From the human T2T-CHM13v2.0 reference genome, Homo sapiens: a stretch of 64,000 nt of DNA. Below are positions 1-16,482 of this stretch, piece by piece; position 1 is the stretch's first letter, and each line of letters opens with the position of its first letter. The stretch is from NCBI RefSeq assembly GCF_009914755.1, contig NC_060931.1; one strand, given 5' to 3'. Position numbers and translations under genes: made by a program. A model generated the notes under the pieces. It had not been told where the DNA came from and did no database searches. It was given only the letters and a program-made list of their open reading frames with translations.

Positions 1-388
1 TGTAGTACTATTTAAGACTTCTTCTAGGACTGAAGATAATTTGAAGTATGAGAGTGGTTTCTAAGAACTAGAGCACTAAAGTTTGAAACACTGGAATGTT
101 AGGGAGACAGATGGAGATATGGGAGGAATAGGGTGTTAGGGGTGGCATGTTTGGGGAACCCTAAACAGTTTGGTGTGCCTAGAGTTGACTGGGGGTAGGG
201 ATATTTGGAGCTGTGACATAGAGAAGGAAGATGGGGTAGGATCCTAGAGGCTTCTCAAGTCCTGCAGTGGAGGGGGCTGAGCTTTCTCCTGAAGGCAGTG
301 GGAGGCAATGTGATTTGATTGAATTGGAGAATGGGTTAGCGGGTGTGGGGAGAGAGGAGAGTTCCAGTGTAGGTTTAAAATATTAGGA

Positions 389-690
<302 letters not shown>

Positions 691-714
691 AGGAGAAATC
701 AAAATACATACTAG

Positions 715-890
715 ATTATCTCACTCAATCCTCACAGTGACCTTGAGATGATCAAACTATTATCATCTGCAATTTACCATTTAACAGATAGCAACTGAGG
801 CTTAGTTTAAGCAATTTGTCCATCGTCAGTTGGCTGGTAAGTTGACAGGCTCAAGCCTGGACTCCATCTGTCTGTGTCACTCCTCTTGGC
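715..890. mobile_element. MIR
   Basis: caatcctcacag...ttaacagatagcaactgaggctta core. Confidence 0.65.
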
Positions 891-1785
891 TGCTTCCCCA
901 GGGAGGAGTGGTTCTCAGAAGAGAAGCTGTAGTGTTTAGAGAACCATGAGTCAGGAGGAGCCTGATAATTTTTATATTGTTTATTTTCTCTTTCTCTTAT
1001 GTTGTGGTTTGTAAATGTAAAGCCCATTGCTACTTTTTTTTTTTTTTTTCCTGCAGTAAATAAATGTTGCTAAATAATCCCCACAGCAATGTTCTGGCTA
1101 AGCAGACAAACACTAACATCAGCATCATTAATTTTGGAAATAAATGGCAAATGCTTGACAGTTACTCACTGGAGAAACATTTCCATTTGCCAGCTATTTA
1201 AATTGCAGAAGGATCTCAGTATGTCCAGTTCTGATTATAAATTTCTGTTGGTATTGCAGTGGAATAACAGGAAGCTAGTTTCAGAATTATTTTTAAGGCT
1301 TTGGAGTGTTTACTTCACCTAGAAACAAGAGGTGATATCCTTTCAACCCCAATACACTGCCCTTAAACCATCTTGACTCACCATGGTCTCTGTAGCTAGG
1401 AGCACTTAGCAATGAGTCCCCATGTTATCTTGTTAAGGTAGGTTATCCAAAATAGAATTACGGTGTCAGAGTAAAGCTCTTGACACGCTTGGGCACGCTG
1501 CTTTTCCACCAGTTCAAAAGGCATTTTTAGAACTCAGTATATACAAAAGCTTTGCGTAATGGTGAAAATTGGTCATTTTAAAACTGAACCATGACTAGTG
1601 AGTGATATCTTGGAGATTCATTTATTAAAGAAATAGGAATCTAAATGTGGGGTTAAATTGCAGCAAAAGTTATTAAATATTAATAATTTAATTTTTTACT
1701 GTGATTCCTTTTCAGTGATATAATTTTTATTAGTTTAGATTAATATTAAAACTCTACTTCATGTATAATTAAGCATGAATAAGAG

Positions 1786-2071
1786 TTTTTTTTTTTTTTT
1801 TTTTGAGATGAAGTCTTGCTTTGTTGCCCAGGTGTGATCTTGGCTCATTGCAACCTCTGCCTGCTAGGTGCAAGTGATTCTTCTGCCTCAGCCTCCTGAA
1901 TAGCTGCGACCACAAGCGCATGCCACCACGCCTGGCTAATTTTTGTATTTTCAGAAGAGATGGGTTTCATCATGTTGGCCAGGCTGTTCTAGAACTCCTG
2001 ACCTCAAGTGATCTGCCCGCCTCAGCCTCCCAAAGTGCTGGGATTACAGGTGTGAGCCACCACGTCCGACC
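1786..2071 (-). mobile_element. AluS
   Basis: Poly-T plus antisense Alu. Confidence 0.95.
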
Positions 2072-2249
2072 TGAGTTTTTAATATTGAAAGTTACCAGGC
2101 TTAGAATTAGTTACTAAAAGAAGTATGGTCTAAGTTTCCGGGTCTGGAAATAGCTGTCTGATAGTTTTGAGGCATTTCTTCATTTATTCAACCAACATTT
2201 ACTGAAGGCCCATCCTGTGCTGGCATGGCTCCAGGCCTAGCCAGGTTGA

Positions 2250-2609
<360 letters not shown>

Positions 2610-2875
2610 TAGGAATTGATAAGAAAAGGAATCACTTGATGGTAAAAAAGGATCAAACAATCAGAAAGACTCTTTCCCAGGAGAAATGTATGTTTTGGTA
2701 AGAAAAAGCTTGTTTGTTGTAAAACTCATGTTTGTCAGTTTCCAACTATATAGCATTTTACCTTAAAGTCTTCAGCAAATCAGGTTTTGGCCTTGTTTTT
2801 ATCCTAGGCAAAATTGGGTGGTACTGTGGTTTCTGGGATGATGGTATCAAAATGAATTAAGTGGTATCGTATGAT

Positions 2876-3192
2876 TTTTTTTTTAAATTTTTTTTATTTT
2901 TAGAGACAGGGTCTTGCTTTGTAACCCATGCTAGAGTGCAGTGGTGTGATCATAGCTCACCACAGCCTTGAACTCCTGTGCTCAAGTGATTCTGCCACCT
3001 CAGCCTCCCAAGTAGCTCAGATGACAGGCACATGCCACCACACCTGGCTAATTAAAAAAAAATTTTTTTTTTGTAGAGCTGAGATCTCACTATGTTGCCC
3101 AGGCTGGTTTCCAATTCCTTGGCTCAACCAGTCTTCCTGCCTTGGCCTCTAAAAGTCCTGGGTTTACAGGCATGAGCCACTGTACCCAACCA
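2876..3192 (-). mobile_element. AluJ
   Basis: Antisense Alu, TSD GTATCGTATGAT. Confidence 0.9.
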
Positions 3193-3583
3193 GTATCGTA
3201 TGATATTTAAAACAAAAACAAACAAAAAACATTAGCACCACTGCTTTATTACTATTATTCTGTAAGATTCATGTAGTCCTGTCAGTTTATAAAGAACGTT
3301 TTGTGTATTCATTGCCATTTTCATAAGTGCTTAGGAAGTTAGCTCATAATTGCCTTTCCTGGTTGCATGTCAGGCCACTGCAGCTTGGCGAGGACATGAG
3401 TTTTCTTTCAAGGCAAGTGTGATGGGTATGGGAGATGGGAGGAGTGGAAGTAGAGGTTGGAGACAGGGAGGCCATTTAGTTTGGCTTTTGCCATTGTCCC
3501 TTAGGAGAAATCAAGGCCGTGGACAAGAATGGTGGCATTGTAGATGGAGAGAACAGTTATGTTGGGAAATGAAACCCTAGAAC

Positions 3584-4123
3584 TGTTTTACTGGGCAATG
3601 GGCTCACTGCTGGATGTATATAGAAGCCAATACTGTGGCACTGGCTTTTAAAAAAAGAAAGGCTTTATTGGGAGTCGACTGGCAAGGAGATAGGAAGAAA
3701 CACTCAAATCTGTCTCCCTGAGTTAGAGGCTGGGGCAGGTTTTATAGGCAGAGGGATTAATATGAGGCAGTATAATTAGTGAAGTGTGATCTGATTGGAT
3801 CTTGCAACGAAGTGAAGCCAGGAGGTGTGATTTGATTGGAGCATGCCGTGAGGTGATGCCAAGACATGATCTGATTGGCGCATGCCCTGAGGTGATGCCG
3901 AGGCTTGCTTCTTAATTCTCTCTTTTCCCTGATCCGAGCCCTTTGGTTCTGCTTGTGGTTGACTTTTTAGTTCTGATTGCCTCTGGTATCACGCATTGGG
4001 CACACTGGGTTCATCTGTGCTCGAGTTACCTGACCTACAACCTGGGGGTTCGTGGCAACTGAAATACAACTTACTAGTTTACTACACATAATTGAACCAG
4101 ATTGGGCTAGTTATGTGGTTACA
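3584..4123 (-). mobile_element. Solo LTR, ERV1/MER4-group-like
   Basis: TG...CA termini, 4-bp TSD GAAC (3580-3583, 4124-4127), TTTATT (minus-strand poly(A) signal), repeated TGATCTGATTGG CCAAT-type units. Confidence 0.75.
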
Positions 4124-4959
4124 GAACTTGGCCACTCATCTTTAAATGGGATGGTACAGGAGAGGAAGAAATCAAGGTTGGCTGATTCTGGGATCTTATT
4201 TATTTCTGTTTAGGCCATGTAACAGCTATAAATGAATAAATACACAAAAATATATGGATCTTACATGGTTGTTATATTGTTACATTCTGGGCAGAGAGTA
4301 AACAATGTCTGCACCTAGCAGATTAGAGTTAGAATTTGAATGGTGCATTCAACTCCCTTGCGGAGTGTTATAAACCATTACATTTCTTTTCAGAAACGAA
4401 ATTACTACTGCATATGGAGGATAGGACTGAGCTGCCTTAGTGGGAAGGAGTGATGAATTTTGTTTGTCCTGAGTGCTCAAGACTTTTAATCATTGCCCTT
4501 ATGACTGACTCTGGGGTTGCAACACTCACATTTTATAATAGATACTTTCTCTAGTGAAGGGACAGGGACAGTATTCCATGGCCGTCCTTTGGAGTCTGTT
4601 CATTTTGTAGGGGACAGAAGTCTCTGTTTAAAACCCCAAGAAGGTGTCTGTGGAGCTTTGGGCATAGTGGTCAGAGGCCAGTGTCATGGACCTCGGTCCA
4701 GTTTTGGATTTATCTGGCCTTTGGGTTAAGCAAATAAGCTGGTGATGTTTTGTGGTGACAGAGGCTTTTGAGGGCAAATACTGCCATGTCTTATCAATTT
4801 TTTACATGATTTGTAGAGGAATTATAAAGACTTGCTATAGAATTGCTTCAGATAATTTAAATGCTTTCAAGGTTGAGATTTTTTCATTTTGCTTCACCAC
4901 AAGACTTCTTTATCAAGCTCACACCTTTGCTTTTAGATTAAAAAAAACAAAGCAAACTA

Positions 4960-5050
4960 CTTGGGTAGCTGAGGCGGGAGGGTCGCTTGAGCCCAGGAGT
5001 TTGAGACCAGCGTGGGCAACATAGCGAGACTTCATCTCAGAAAACAAAAG
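4960..5050 (+). mobile_element. Alu left-monomer/FLAM fragment
   Basis: gctgaggcgggagggtcgcttgagcccaggagtttgagacc. Confidence 0.8.
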
Positions 5051-5450
5051 GCAAAGGATTCCTTCTATTTTAAACTATCTTAATAAAATAATAACTGGAG
5101 CCTTTTTATTTGTATAAAAGGCCTAGCATTAAGCTAATTACATTTATTATAAGAACAAATGATCAATGTTTGTTTATGAATTTTTTCAGCTCCATCCAGT
5201 AATGTGTAATTAAGAACCCTATTACTGGAAGCAAAAATGTTCATTTGCCTTGCATTTTGATTATATTTAGTAATTTGGAATGCTGACTTTTAGGACAGAT
5301 AGGACTTAATGCGACTTTTTTTTTTTTTTCTCATTTGGTACATTTGATTCTCTAAAGTACTTTTTTCACTGATCTCCTATTTCAGAGCATGTCCCTGAAG
5401 TAACAGAGAATGTAGAGATATTGACTCCAAATTTCACTTACTTTCTGTGA

Positions 5451-5930
<480 letters not shown>

Positions 5931-6521
5931 TGAAGCAAATGTCAGACCTCATCTGTGAGATATTCTCATGTTAAAGTAGAAATGGTGTTACGGTGAGTCC
6001 ATTCACTTATTCACCTGGGGGCTGGATGGCTGGACATTTAAAATAGACAGGGACCAAGGGTGGGCTGGGGCTTGGTGGTAGGGCCACTGCCTGGATGAGT
6101 TATTGTGAATTTCTGCAGCTGTCAGTAAGATTTGATGAGTATCTCCCCTAAAGTGTAACACAGATCTCGTGTGTTGTCTCTGAAATTATTACTCAGCACT
6201 CTGCCATTCCCAAAAAGATAGGGAGATATCCCTAAAAATGTACACAAATAAACTTTTAAAAAGAGAAGAAGAAATCAGTGGAAAGAGTGAATGAGGGTCA
6301 TCTTGTCATATCAAGCCAGTTACAATGAATAGAAGACCAACATGCTGCAAGGTTTTGTAACAGTAATCAAAGGTGTGCTGGTGAAATTTCCTGGTGGCCA
6401 AAGTCAACAGGAAACACAATTATTTTTATATTATCCTTTGGATTTCTTAAGTGTTTCTTTTTCTATCACTGAAGAAAAATATCCTGCATAGGATCTTCTA
6501 GAAGTAGACATTGGCCAGCAG

Positions 6522-6835
<314 letters not shown>

Positions 6836-6859
6836 TTAGAGATGTAATACCAGCAGCAG

Positions 6860-7030
6860 CTCTAATTTATTGAACGCCTATTGTACATCAGGGGTTGTGC
6901 TGTGATTTTATTGCATTTAACCTTCAACATATTTCTTCTCTATTGCTATTATTATTTTTCGCCCTTTTCAGGTGAGGAAATTGAAATTCAGAGAAAATAA
7001 ACAACTTGCTAAAGTAAGGCAGCTATCTGT
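6860..7030. mobile_element. MIR
   Basis: tttcaggtgaggaaattgaaattcagaga core. Confidence 0.6.
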
Positions 7031-7239
7031 ACTGAGATTGCTGAAAATGTTTGACACTTAGATAAGTGAATTGTAGATTTATGGTTTTTGGATATGTATG
7101 TTTGAGTATATAGTTACTTAACAAAAGAGCATCCTGGCATGTCTTTAGATTGTTGTCTCATTGGGATTGTGTTCACTTTGGAGAGGATGGGTTTTGTGGG
7201 CCATGGTTCATAACAGCCCTTTTTAAAAATTTTTTTTTA

Positions 7240-7546
7240 AATTATTTATAATTATTTATTTTTTGAGATGGAGTCTTTCTCTGTTGCCCAGGCTGGAGTA
7301 CGGTGGTGTGATCTCGGCTCACTGCAACTTTCGTTTTCTGGGTTCAAGTGATTCTCCTGCCTCAGCCTCCTGAGTAGCTGGGATTACAGGTGTGAGCCAC
7401 CATCCCCAGCTAATTTTTGTGTTTTTAGTAGAGATGAGGTTTCACCATCTTGGCCGGGCTGGTCTCGATCTCCTGACCTCAGGTGATCCGCCTGCCCTGG
7501 CCTCCTAAAATGCTGGGATTACAGGCGTGAGCCACCGTGCCCGGCC
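7240..7546 (-). mobile_element. AluS ending about 100 nt upstream of the 118-nt exon
   Basis: Full antisense Alu. Confidence 0.95.
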
Positions 7547-7648
7547 TCATAATGGACCTTTTTATTGATGCTAGGTGTTCATGATTGTGCTGTTATTTAC
7601 ATTGCACATTACCAATTCTGGATTTCATTCTTTTTTATTTTAATGCAG

Positions 7649-7766
7649 AGAGAAAAGGAACAGCAGGAAGAGAAGTCTGGTTTGTTCAGGAACATGGGGA
7701 GGAATGAAGATGGTGAAAGAAGAGCTATGATAACTCCTGCTCTCCGAGAAGCCCTTACTAAACAAG
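7649..7766 (+). CDS. TYW1: TYW1 internal coding exon (probably exon 8), 118 nt, phase 0->1
   Basis: ttttttattttaatgcAG|AGAGAAAAG...AAACAAG|GTgaaa; encodes REKEQQEEKSGLFRNMGRNEDGERRAMITPALREALTKQ(G); joins the next exon in frame. Confidence 0.95.
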
Positions 7767-8600
7767 GTGAAAATCTTCAAGAATTGTTGTTATATGACTG
7801 TAGTCTTAGGCATTCTCATTTGATACCTGGAATGAAGTCTCTCTCTAATTAGCTCAGCAGCTGTTCATAGTGGCAGATATAACAGTCTAAAGATTTACCT
7901 TTTTATTTCTGCGGATTGCTTCTGTTGGCTGCCTGCACCAGTGAGTTACCTTTTTTCTTGGTTTATTGGGATATTACTATCAGTGTGGGTCAAGTTCACA
8001 GATCAAAAGTGCTGTCATTGGGAAAGCTATTAAAAATGCATAGAAAAGCTTATATGATATGAGACTGGGTTAATTAGAAGTGTTTATGTAGAGGTGTCAT
8101 ATCTGGGTTTTTGTGGTCTTACCTTATTAAGGAGGTTATAGTTGCATGAATGAGTAATAATATTAGTTTCCTGTGGAGGAAAGAGTAGTAAAATGGGAAT
8201 CAGTAGACCGACCTCCTTTCCTTCATCCCCCTCCCCACTTCCCCTCTATATTTATGAGAGGCCTTTTATGTGACCGTTCTGGCAATGCAGAGAAACACAG
8301 GAAACTATATCTGCTTCAAGGAACCGTCGGTCTGGTGCACTAGAGAAATATATATATGTTTGTATTTTAATATCTATGTCTATATTTTAATTAGGGTAGA
8401 TTATATTAATGTGATTTCATTATAGATTTAAATTTATCTTGCTATTTTCTATTTCATCTGCTTTTTGATTTCCCTTTTCCTGTTTTTCTGTGTTCTTTCA
8501 AATTAATTCATTTTTTAAAAATGACTCTATTTTATATTTTGTTTGCTTACTAGCAATAACATTTTCACGAATAGTTGCTCAAGGTTTTACACTATACCTC

Positions 8601-8869
8601 TTTTTTTTTCTTTGAGACAGAGTCTCTCTCACCCAGTCTGGAGTGCAGTGGCATAATCTTGGCTCACTGCAACCTCTGCCTCCTGGGTTCAAGTGATTCT
8701 CCTGCTTTAGCCTCCTGAGCAGCTGGGACTAGAGACATATGCCACCATGCTCAGCTAATTTTTTTGCCATGTTGGCCATGCTGGTCTTGAACTCCTGGCC
8801 TCAAGTGTGATCTGCCGCCTCAGCCTCCCAAAGTGCTGGGATTACAGGTGTGAGCCACTGCACCTGGCC
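8601..8869 (-). mobile_element. Alu
   Basis: Antisense Alu with internal deletion. Confidence 0.9.
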
Positions 8870-9011
8870 TACACCATACTACTTTATCATTTCATAGTAT
8901 ATCTTTGAGTGATGTTATCTCACTCAATGTGTAGAAGAACCTTACAGTACTATACTTCCATTATTTCTTTCTTAACCCATATGTAATTTTTATCACACAT
9001 TTTACTTTTAC

Positions 9012-9170
9012 TTTTGTTTTTTGGTTGAGTCGGGTCTTGCTCTTTTGCTTAGGCTGGAGTGCAGTGGTATGATCATGGCTCACTGTAGCCTTGAACTCCT
9101 GGGCTCAAGGAATCCTCCTGCCTCATCCCCCTGAATAGCTGAGACTACAGGTGTAAGCCACCACACTGAG
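9012..9170 (-). mobile_element. Alu monomer (FRAM/FLAM/AluJ part)
   Basis: ggctggagtgcagtggtatgatcatggctcactgtagcc. Confidence 0.8.
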
Positions 9171-10408
9171 TGTTTTACGTATGCTCTAAAGCCTACACTT
9201 TATTATTATTTTTTTCTTCAACAAAAATACCTATTTTTATATCTAACCCAATCAAAACATCTATTTAATTATGTACTAAAGATTTATATACTTAGAATCT
9301 TAGAATCTTACATATTTACTTATGTAGTTACTATTTTCAGTACTCATGTAGTTGCCATGTCTTATTCATGTAGATCTGTGTTCCGTCTGGTATCCTTTTC
9401 CATCTGCCTGAAGGACTGTTTTTGTTTTTTTGTTTTTTTTTTTTTTTCTAATTTAAGCTTACCTGTGGCGACTCCAAGGACTTTTTGAACATCTCTTGTA
9501 GTGCAGGTTTGTTGGTGGTGAATTCTTTCAGCTTTCGTATATCTGAAAATGGCTTTACTTTGCCTTCATTTTCTATCACTGTGTCTTCAAGTTCAGTAAT
9601 TTTTTGCTGGATATAGAATTGTAGGTTGACAGCTGTTTTTTCCTTCAGTGTTTTACAGATGTTACTCCACTGTCCTCTTACTCACATTGCTTCTGATTAG
9701 AGTTCAGCAATCAGTCATCCTTTTGTTTGTTCCTTTAAATAGGATCCTCCTTCTCCCAACCCCCTGCTACTTGGAAGATTTTCTCTTAAGGCTGATTTTG
9801 AGCAATTTAATTATAATGTGCCTCAGTTTAGTTTTCTTCATGTTTCTTTTATTTGGGTTTTGTTGAGTGTCTTGGTTTTGTGGATTTATGGTCTTCATGA
9901 AATTCGGACAAATTTTGGCCATTATTTCTTCAAATATTCTCCTCCCCACCCACCCACTTGCTTCCTAGAAGACTACAGTTATATATGTAATAATCTGCTT
10001 GAATTTGACCCACAACTCACTCATGTTCTATTCATTTAAAAAAAGTTCTTTCTTCTGTCTCACTTTTCATTTTGGTTAGTTTCTATTGCTATGTTTTCAA
10101 GTTCAATAATCTTTCTTCTGTAATGTCTCATGTTCCGTTAATCCTATGTAATATGTTTTTCAACTTAGACATTGTAGTTTTCATTTCTAGAAGTTCAGTT
10201 TGGGTCTTTTTATATTTTCCACATCTATTACCTTTTTGAGCCTATAGAAAACAGTTATAACTGTTTTAATGTCCTAATCTGCTAATGTCTTTGTCATTTC
10301 TGGATCAGCTTTGGTTGATGGATTTTTTCCCTCATTCGTCATGTTTTCCTGTCTGTTTGCATACTTCATATCTTTGATTGGATGTCAGACCTAATTTTAC
10401 CTTATTAG

Positions 10409-10740
<332 letters not shown>

Positions 10741-11075
10741 TGGATATTTTTATATAAACACTCTTATAAACAGTTTTAAGCTTTTTTTTTTTTTTTTTTT
10801 TCCTGGGACAAGGTTAAGTTACTTGGAAATAATATGAGCTTTATATCTTACTTTTATGGCTTCTTAGATGAGACAAGAGCTGGCTCAATATGGGGCTAAT
10901 TATTCTTCACTGTTGAGGCAAAACACTTCTATTTGTAGTCTACCTAATGACTTGTGCATCTTTAGATTTCTAGTCTGACTGGCAGAAGCAGGTACAATTC
11001 TCAGCCTGCTGTAAGCATCAGGCATTGCCCCCAGTCCTTCCCTTCCTCTCTCCCTCTTTTCATTTGGGATAGTTT

Positions 11076-11380
11076 GTTTCTTTTTTTTTTTTTTTTGAGA
11101 TGGAGTTTCACTCTTGTTGCCCAGTCTGGGGTGCAGTGGTGTGATCTTGGCTCACCACATCCTCCTCCTCCTGAGTTCAAGCGATTCTCCTGCCTCAGCC
11201 TCCCGAGTAGCTGGGATTACATGCATACGCCACCACGCCTGGCTAATTTTTATATTTTTAGTAGAGACAGGGTTTCACCATGTTGATCAGACTGTTCTCA
11301 AACTCCTGACCTCAGGTGATCCACCCGCCTTGGCCTCCCAAAGTGCTGGGATTTACAGGTGTGAGCCACCATGCCCATCC
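11076..11380 (-). mobile_element. AluS
   Basis: TSD CATTTGGGATAGTTT. Confidence 0.95.
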
Positions 11381-13016
11381 CATTTGGGATAGTTTCTATC
11401 ACTGTGTCTTCAAGTTCAGTAATTGTTTCTTCTCTAAATGTCTAGTCTTCCAAAAATGGTTCTTTCCCATCCTTGGGTAGTGTTTCTCTTGTGAATGTGC
11501 TGAACAGTACTTGGGCAAATACTTGAGAGAAATCCCCTGTAGACTCTTGGAGTCTCTTTGTAGGTTTCATCTCTCTAGCTTTCAATCCTGCAAACTGTAG
11601 CCACCTTTGTCTCCCCAGGCTCTGTTGCATTTTCCAAACTCAAGAGTCCACTGGGCTTCGCTTGGGTAGTCTCTCTTTGCTACATGGCCTGGAAGGTTTC
11701 TAGACAGTAAGCCAAGGTAATGGGAGGGCTCACCTTAATTGTTTCCTATCTCTATGGGATCACCATCCTTTGTTGCCTGATGTCTCATGTTCTGAAATCT
11801 GTTGTTTCATATATTTTGTCCATTTTTTGGTATTTCAAGTAGGATTGTAAATCCTCTTTGTTATTCCATCTTGGCTAGAAGCAGAATTCCACACTATTAT
11901 TTTCAGCAACTGTACACTGTTGGCTTATATTTGTGCTGTGGTCAACTACAGATCTCTTCATTCTGTAATGTACAGTTTTTTTTCTTTACCTAAATGCAAA
12001 ATTTATAGAAACCTATGTATCTTGGGAGAGAAAAATATAAAGAGTTAATATAATAGAGGATGATTTCTATGATAGTATGAACAGTATAATATGGAATTCC
12101 AAGAGAAGAACTAGAATTTCCTCTGGGGATCTTTTAAATGCATATTTGGTATCAGAGATGAGTTACTCAATTGGACTCAGTTCCACCTTGGAGTACATAA
12201 GCAGTCCTTTGTTTATTTATATGCAAGATGTTTACATAAATACAGAAGAGGATACAAGACAAAGCCCTGTAAATGTTACCACTGGAAACTTGTAATCAAA
12301 ATTGACATTGCTCCAATAATCATCACAGTATGAATATGGTTGTTTAACCAGCCACTGATCCACTTATGCTGTCATCCAGACTGTATTTCTCCATTTGCCT
12401 TATTTGCCTGCAAGAGTCTTTTTGTGAGAGCGACTCATGATAATTGTGGCTTATTACCTGAAGCCTCATGAGAAACGGTATTGAATGCTTTCTGAAATCA
12501 GAATGTACTACTTGTTTGTACTACTAGTTTGTTTAAAAAGGAAATGAGATTACTTTGGCCTGGCTTTTTCCATGCTTTTCATGTCCTATGTAGCTCAAAA
12601 ATTTGAAATGACAGGTTATAGTGCTACTGAGAATTCACGTTTAAGATGTAGTTCCTAGAATTTGATTTTTCTCTCTTTGGGTCAGCATTACTTTGTTTTA
12701 ATCTCCCATTGACATCTGGTTCTTCATCTTCTTTCAAAGATTACTGATGATAGCTCCCCGTTCATTTGAAATATATCATTACTTTTGTTTTATGGCCCAG
12801 CATACCGTTCATTTTTATAAATGTTTCACTGGTCCATGAAAGAATGTAAATTCTATAGTTGATGAGTGCAGGGCTCTGTATGTTTTTGGTCAAGTTTATG
12901 TGTTGTGTTGCTTACATCTTTTAGAGCTTTACCGAGTTTTTACCTATGAGATCTGTTAGAGACAGAGAGGTTAAAATCTCCTCGTATAATTTTTGGATTA
13001 ATTTATTGTTTCATGA

Positions 13017-13312
<296 letters not shown>

Positions 13313-13534
13313 GATCATTTCTTTATGTATTTTGAGTCTATATTATTAGATACATATAGATTTTAAATTGTTTTCTCATCTTGCTGAATTAAATCTTTAA
13401 TGTTTCCTGCCATGGGTTGGTTGACTGCAATAATTTAGCAAAAAAAAAAAAAAATTTTTGCTAAATTTTAAAGTCACTTTTTGATATGACGCTTTGGATC
13501 AGTCCAACTTTGTGTTCCCTGCTTTTCCACTCAG

Positions 13535-13587
13535 GTTATCAGTTGATTGGGAGCCACTCGGGGGTGAAGCTTTGCAGGTGGACAAAG
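13535..13587 (+). CDS. TYW1: TYW1 internal coding exon (probably exon 9), 53 nt, phase 1->0
   Basis: ttttccactcAG|GTTATCAG...ACAAAG|GTattt; encodes (G)YQLIGSHSGVKLCRWTK, the conserved TYW1/Taw1 HSxVKxCxW motif; not shown in this frame by the ORF track. Confidence 0.95.
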
Positions 13588-13910
13588 GTATTTTTTTTGT
13601 TTTTATTCAATATGTCTATTACATGCAACTTTTAAATAGCTATTATTATACACTGTCTATAAATTTACTATTTAGAGGTATAATTTACATTTAATTTGCA
13701 CAGATTTTTAAATGATTCTTTAAAATGAGTTCAGCAAATTTTGATGTAGAACCTATATTCACCAACTCCAATTAAGATATAAGTTATTATCCCCACCCCA
13801 GTGAATTTATTGTGCCCATTTCTAGTCAATAACTCCCTTTCCCTAGGGAATTCTTGTTCTAATTGCTATTACTGTTATTTGGCTTTGCCTTTTTAGAATT
13901 TCATATGAGT

Positions 13911-14208
13911 GGCCAGATGCAGTGGCTCACGCCTGTAATCCTAGCACTTTCGGAGGCCAGGTGGGCGGATCATTTGAGGTCAGGAGTTCGAGACCAGCCT
14001 GGCCAAAATGGTGAAACCCCGTTTCTACTAAAAATATCAAAATTAGTCAGGTGTGGTGGTGGGCGTCTGTAATCCCAGCTATTCGGGAGGCTGAGGCAGG
14101 AGAATCACTTGAACCCAGGAGGCAGAGGTTTCAGTGAGCCCAGATCTTGCCACTGCACTCCAGCCTGGGTGATAAGAGTGAGATTCCATCTCAAAAAAAA
14201 AAAAAAAA
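13911..14208 (+). mobile_element. AluS about 320 nt downstream of the 53-nt exon
   Basis: TSD AGAATTTCATATGAGT. Confidence 0.95.
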
Positions 14209-14706
14209 AGAATTTCATATGAGTGGAATCATGTAATGTGCAGTCTTTTGCAACTGGCTTCTTAAACTCAACATATTTTTGAGATGCATCCGTGTCGTAT
14301 CATGTAACATGCATCAGTAGTTCATTCACTTTTATTGCTCAGTAGTATGCCATTGTATGAATATACCAGTTTTTAAAGATCTGTAAATAGACATTTGGTC
14401 TGTTTTTAATTTTTGGCTATTATGAAAAAAAGTGCTATGAGCATTCTTCACAAGACTTTGTGAATGTAAATTTCAGTTTTCCTTGGGTAAATGCCTAGAA
14501 GTGCAATTGTTAAGTCATAGAGTAGGTATATATTTAACTTTAGAAGAAACTCCGAAACTGTTGTCAGTGTGGTTGTACTACTTTATACTTGCTCAGCAAT
14601 TTATGAAAGTTCCATTTGTTGCACATTCTCACCATCATGTGGTATTGTCTTTTAATTTTAGGCATTTTCATGGTTGTGAAGTGGTTGTGAAGTGGTACCT
14701 CATTGA

Positions 14707-15410
<704 letters not shown>

Positions 15411-15701
15411 TGAAATGTCTGTTCACATCTTTGTTCAAACTTGGTTGTTTGACTCTATATTATTGATTTCTAGAAGTTCTTTATATGTTGTGGATGTGAA
15501 TCTTTTGTTGAATGTGCATTGTGAATATTTCTCTAGACTGTGGCTTTTCTATTTCCATAAAGGTATCTTTTGAAAATTTTAATTTGGATACAGTTCACTA
15601 TATCATATTTTTCTTTTATGGTTAGTGTTTTTTGTATTTTAAGACATTTCTGCCAACCACAAGGTCACAAAGATATTCTAGATTTTCTTCTAGAAGCTTC
15701 G

Positions 15702-15933
15702 TCGGCTCACTGCAAGCTCTGCCTCCCGGGTTCACGCCATTCTCCTGCCTCAGCCTCCCGAGTAGCTGGGACTACAGGCACCCGCCACCATGCCCGGCTA
15801 ATTTTTTGTATTTTTAGTAGAGACAGGGTTTCACCGTGTTAGCCAGGATGGTCTCAATCTCCTGACCTCGTGATCTACCCGCCTTGGCCTCCCAAAGTGC
15901 TGAGGTTACAGGCGTAGGCCACTGCGCCTGGCC
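15702..15933 (-). mobile_element. AluY lacking its 3' end and tail
   Basis: gcaagctctgcctcccgggttcacgccattc (AluY diagnostics); no poly-T, no TSD. Confidence 0.9.
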
Positions 15934-16176
15934 TACAGGTTTGATTTTTGTCTGTCGTTTTTCTTTAGGTGAAAATGACAAATTCAGTTTCTTTTTTCAC
16001 TGCCATAGCAGGTCTTTAGTTTTGATACAGAAGTTATATAAACATATTGTCCCCAGACTTCAATGTCTGTATTCCTAGAGCGGTGTGGCAGGAGCTCTTC
16101 AGGGGGTCATTGGCCGAGGGGGCGGACAGAGTTGCTTGGGCAGATTCCTCCTAAGCAACCTGTGTGGAAGAAGCCA

Positions 16177-16482
<306 letters not shown>

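Noticed and set aside
3785-3905. Repeated TGATCTGATTGG / GAGGTGATGCC units resembling a spaced array
   Set aside because: Internal tandem repeats of the LTR; no unique spacers, not CRISPR-like.
7565-7852. Full-length ORFs around the exons (also 41071-41271 and 56199-56420) as stand-alone proteins
   Set aside because: Only the AG/GT-bounded parts match TYW1; the extensions are intronic read-through.
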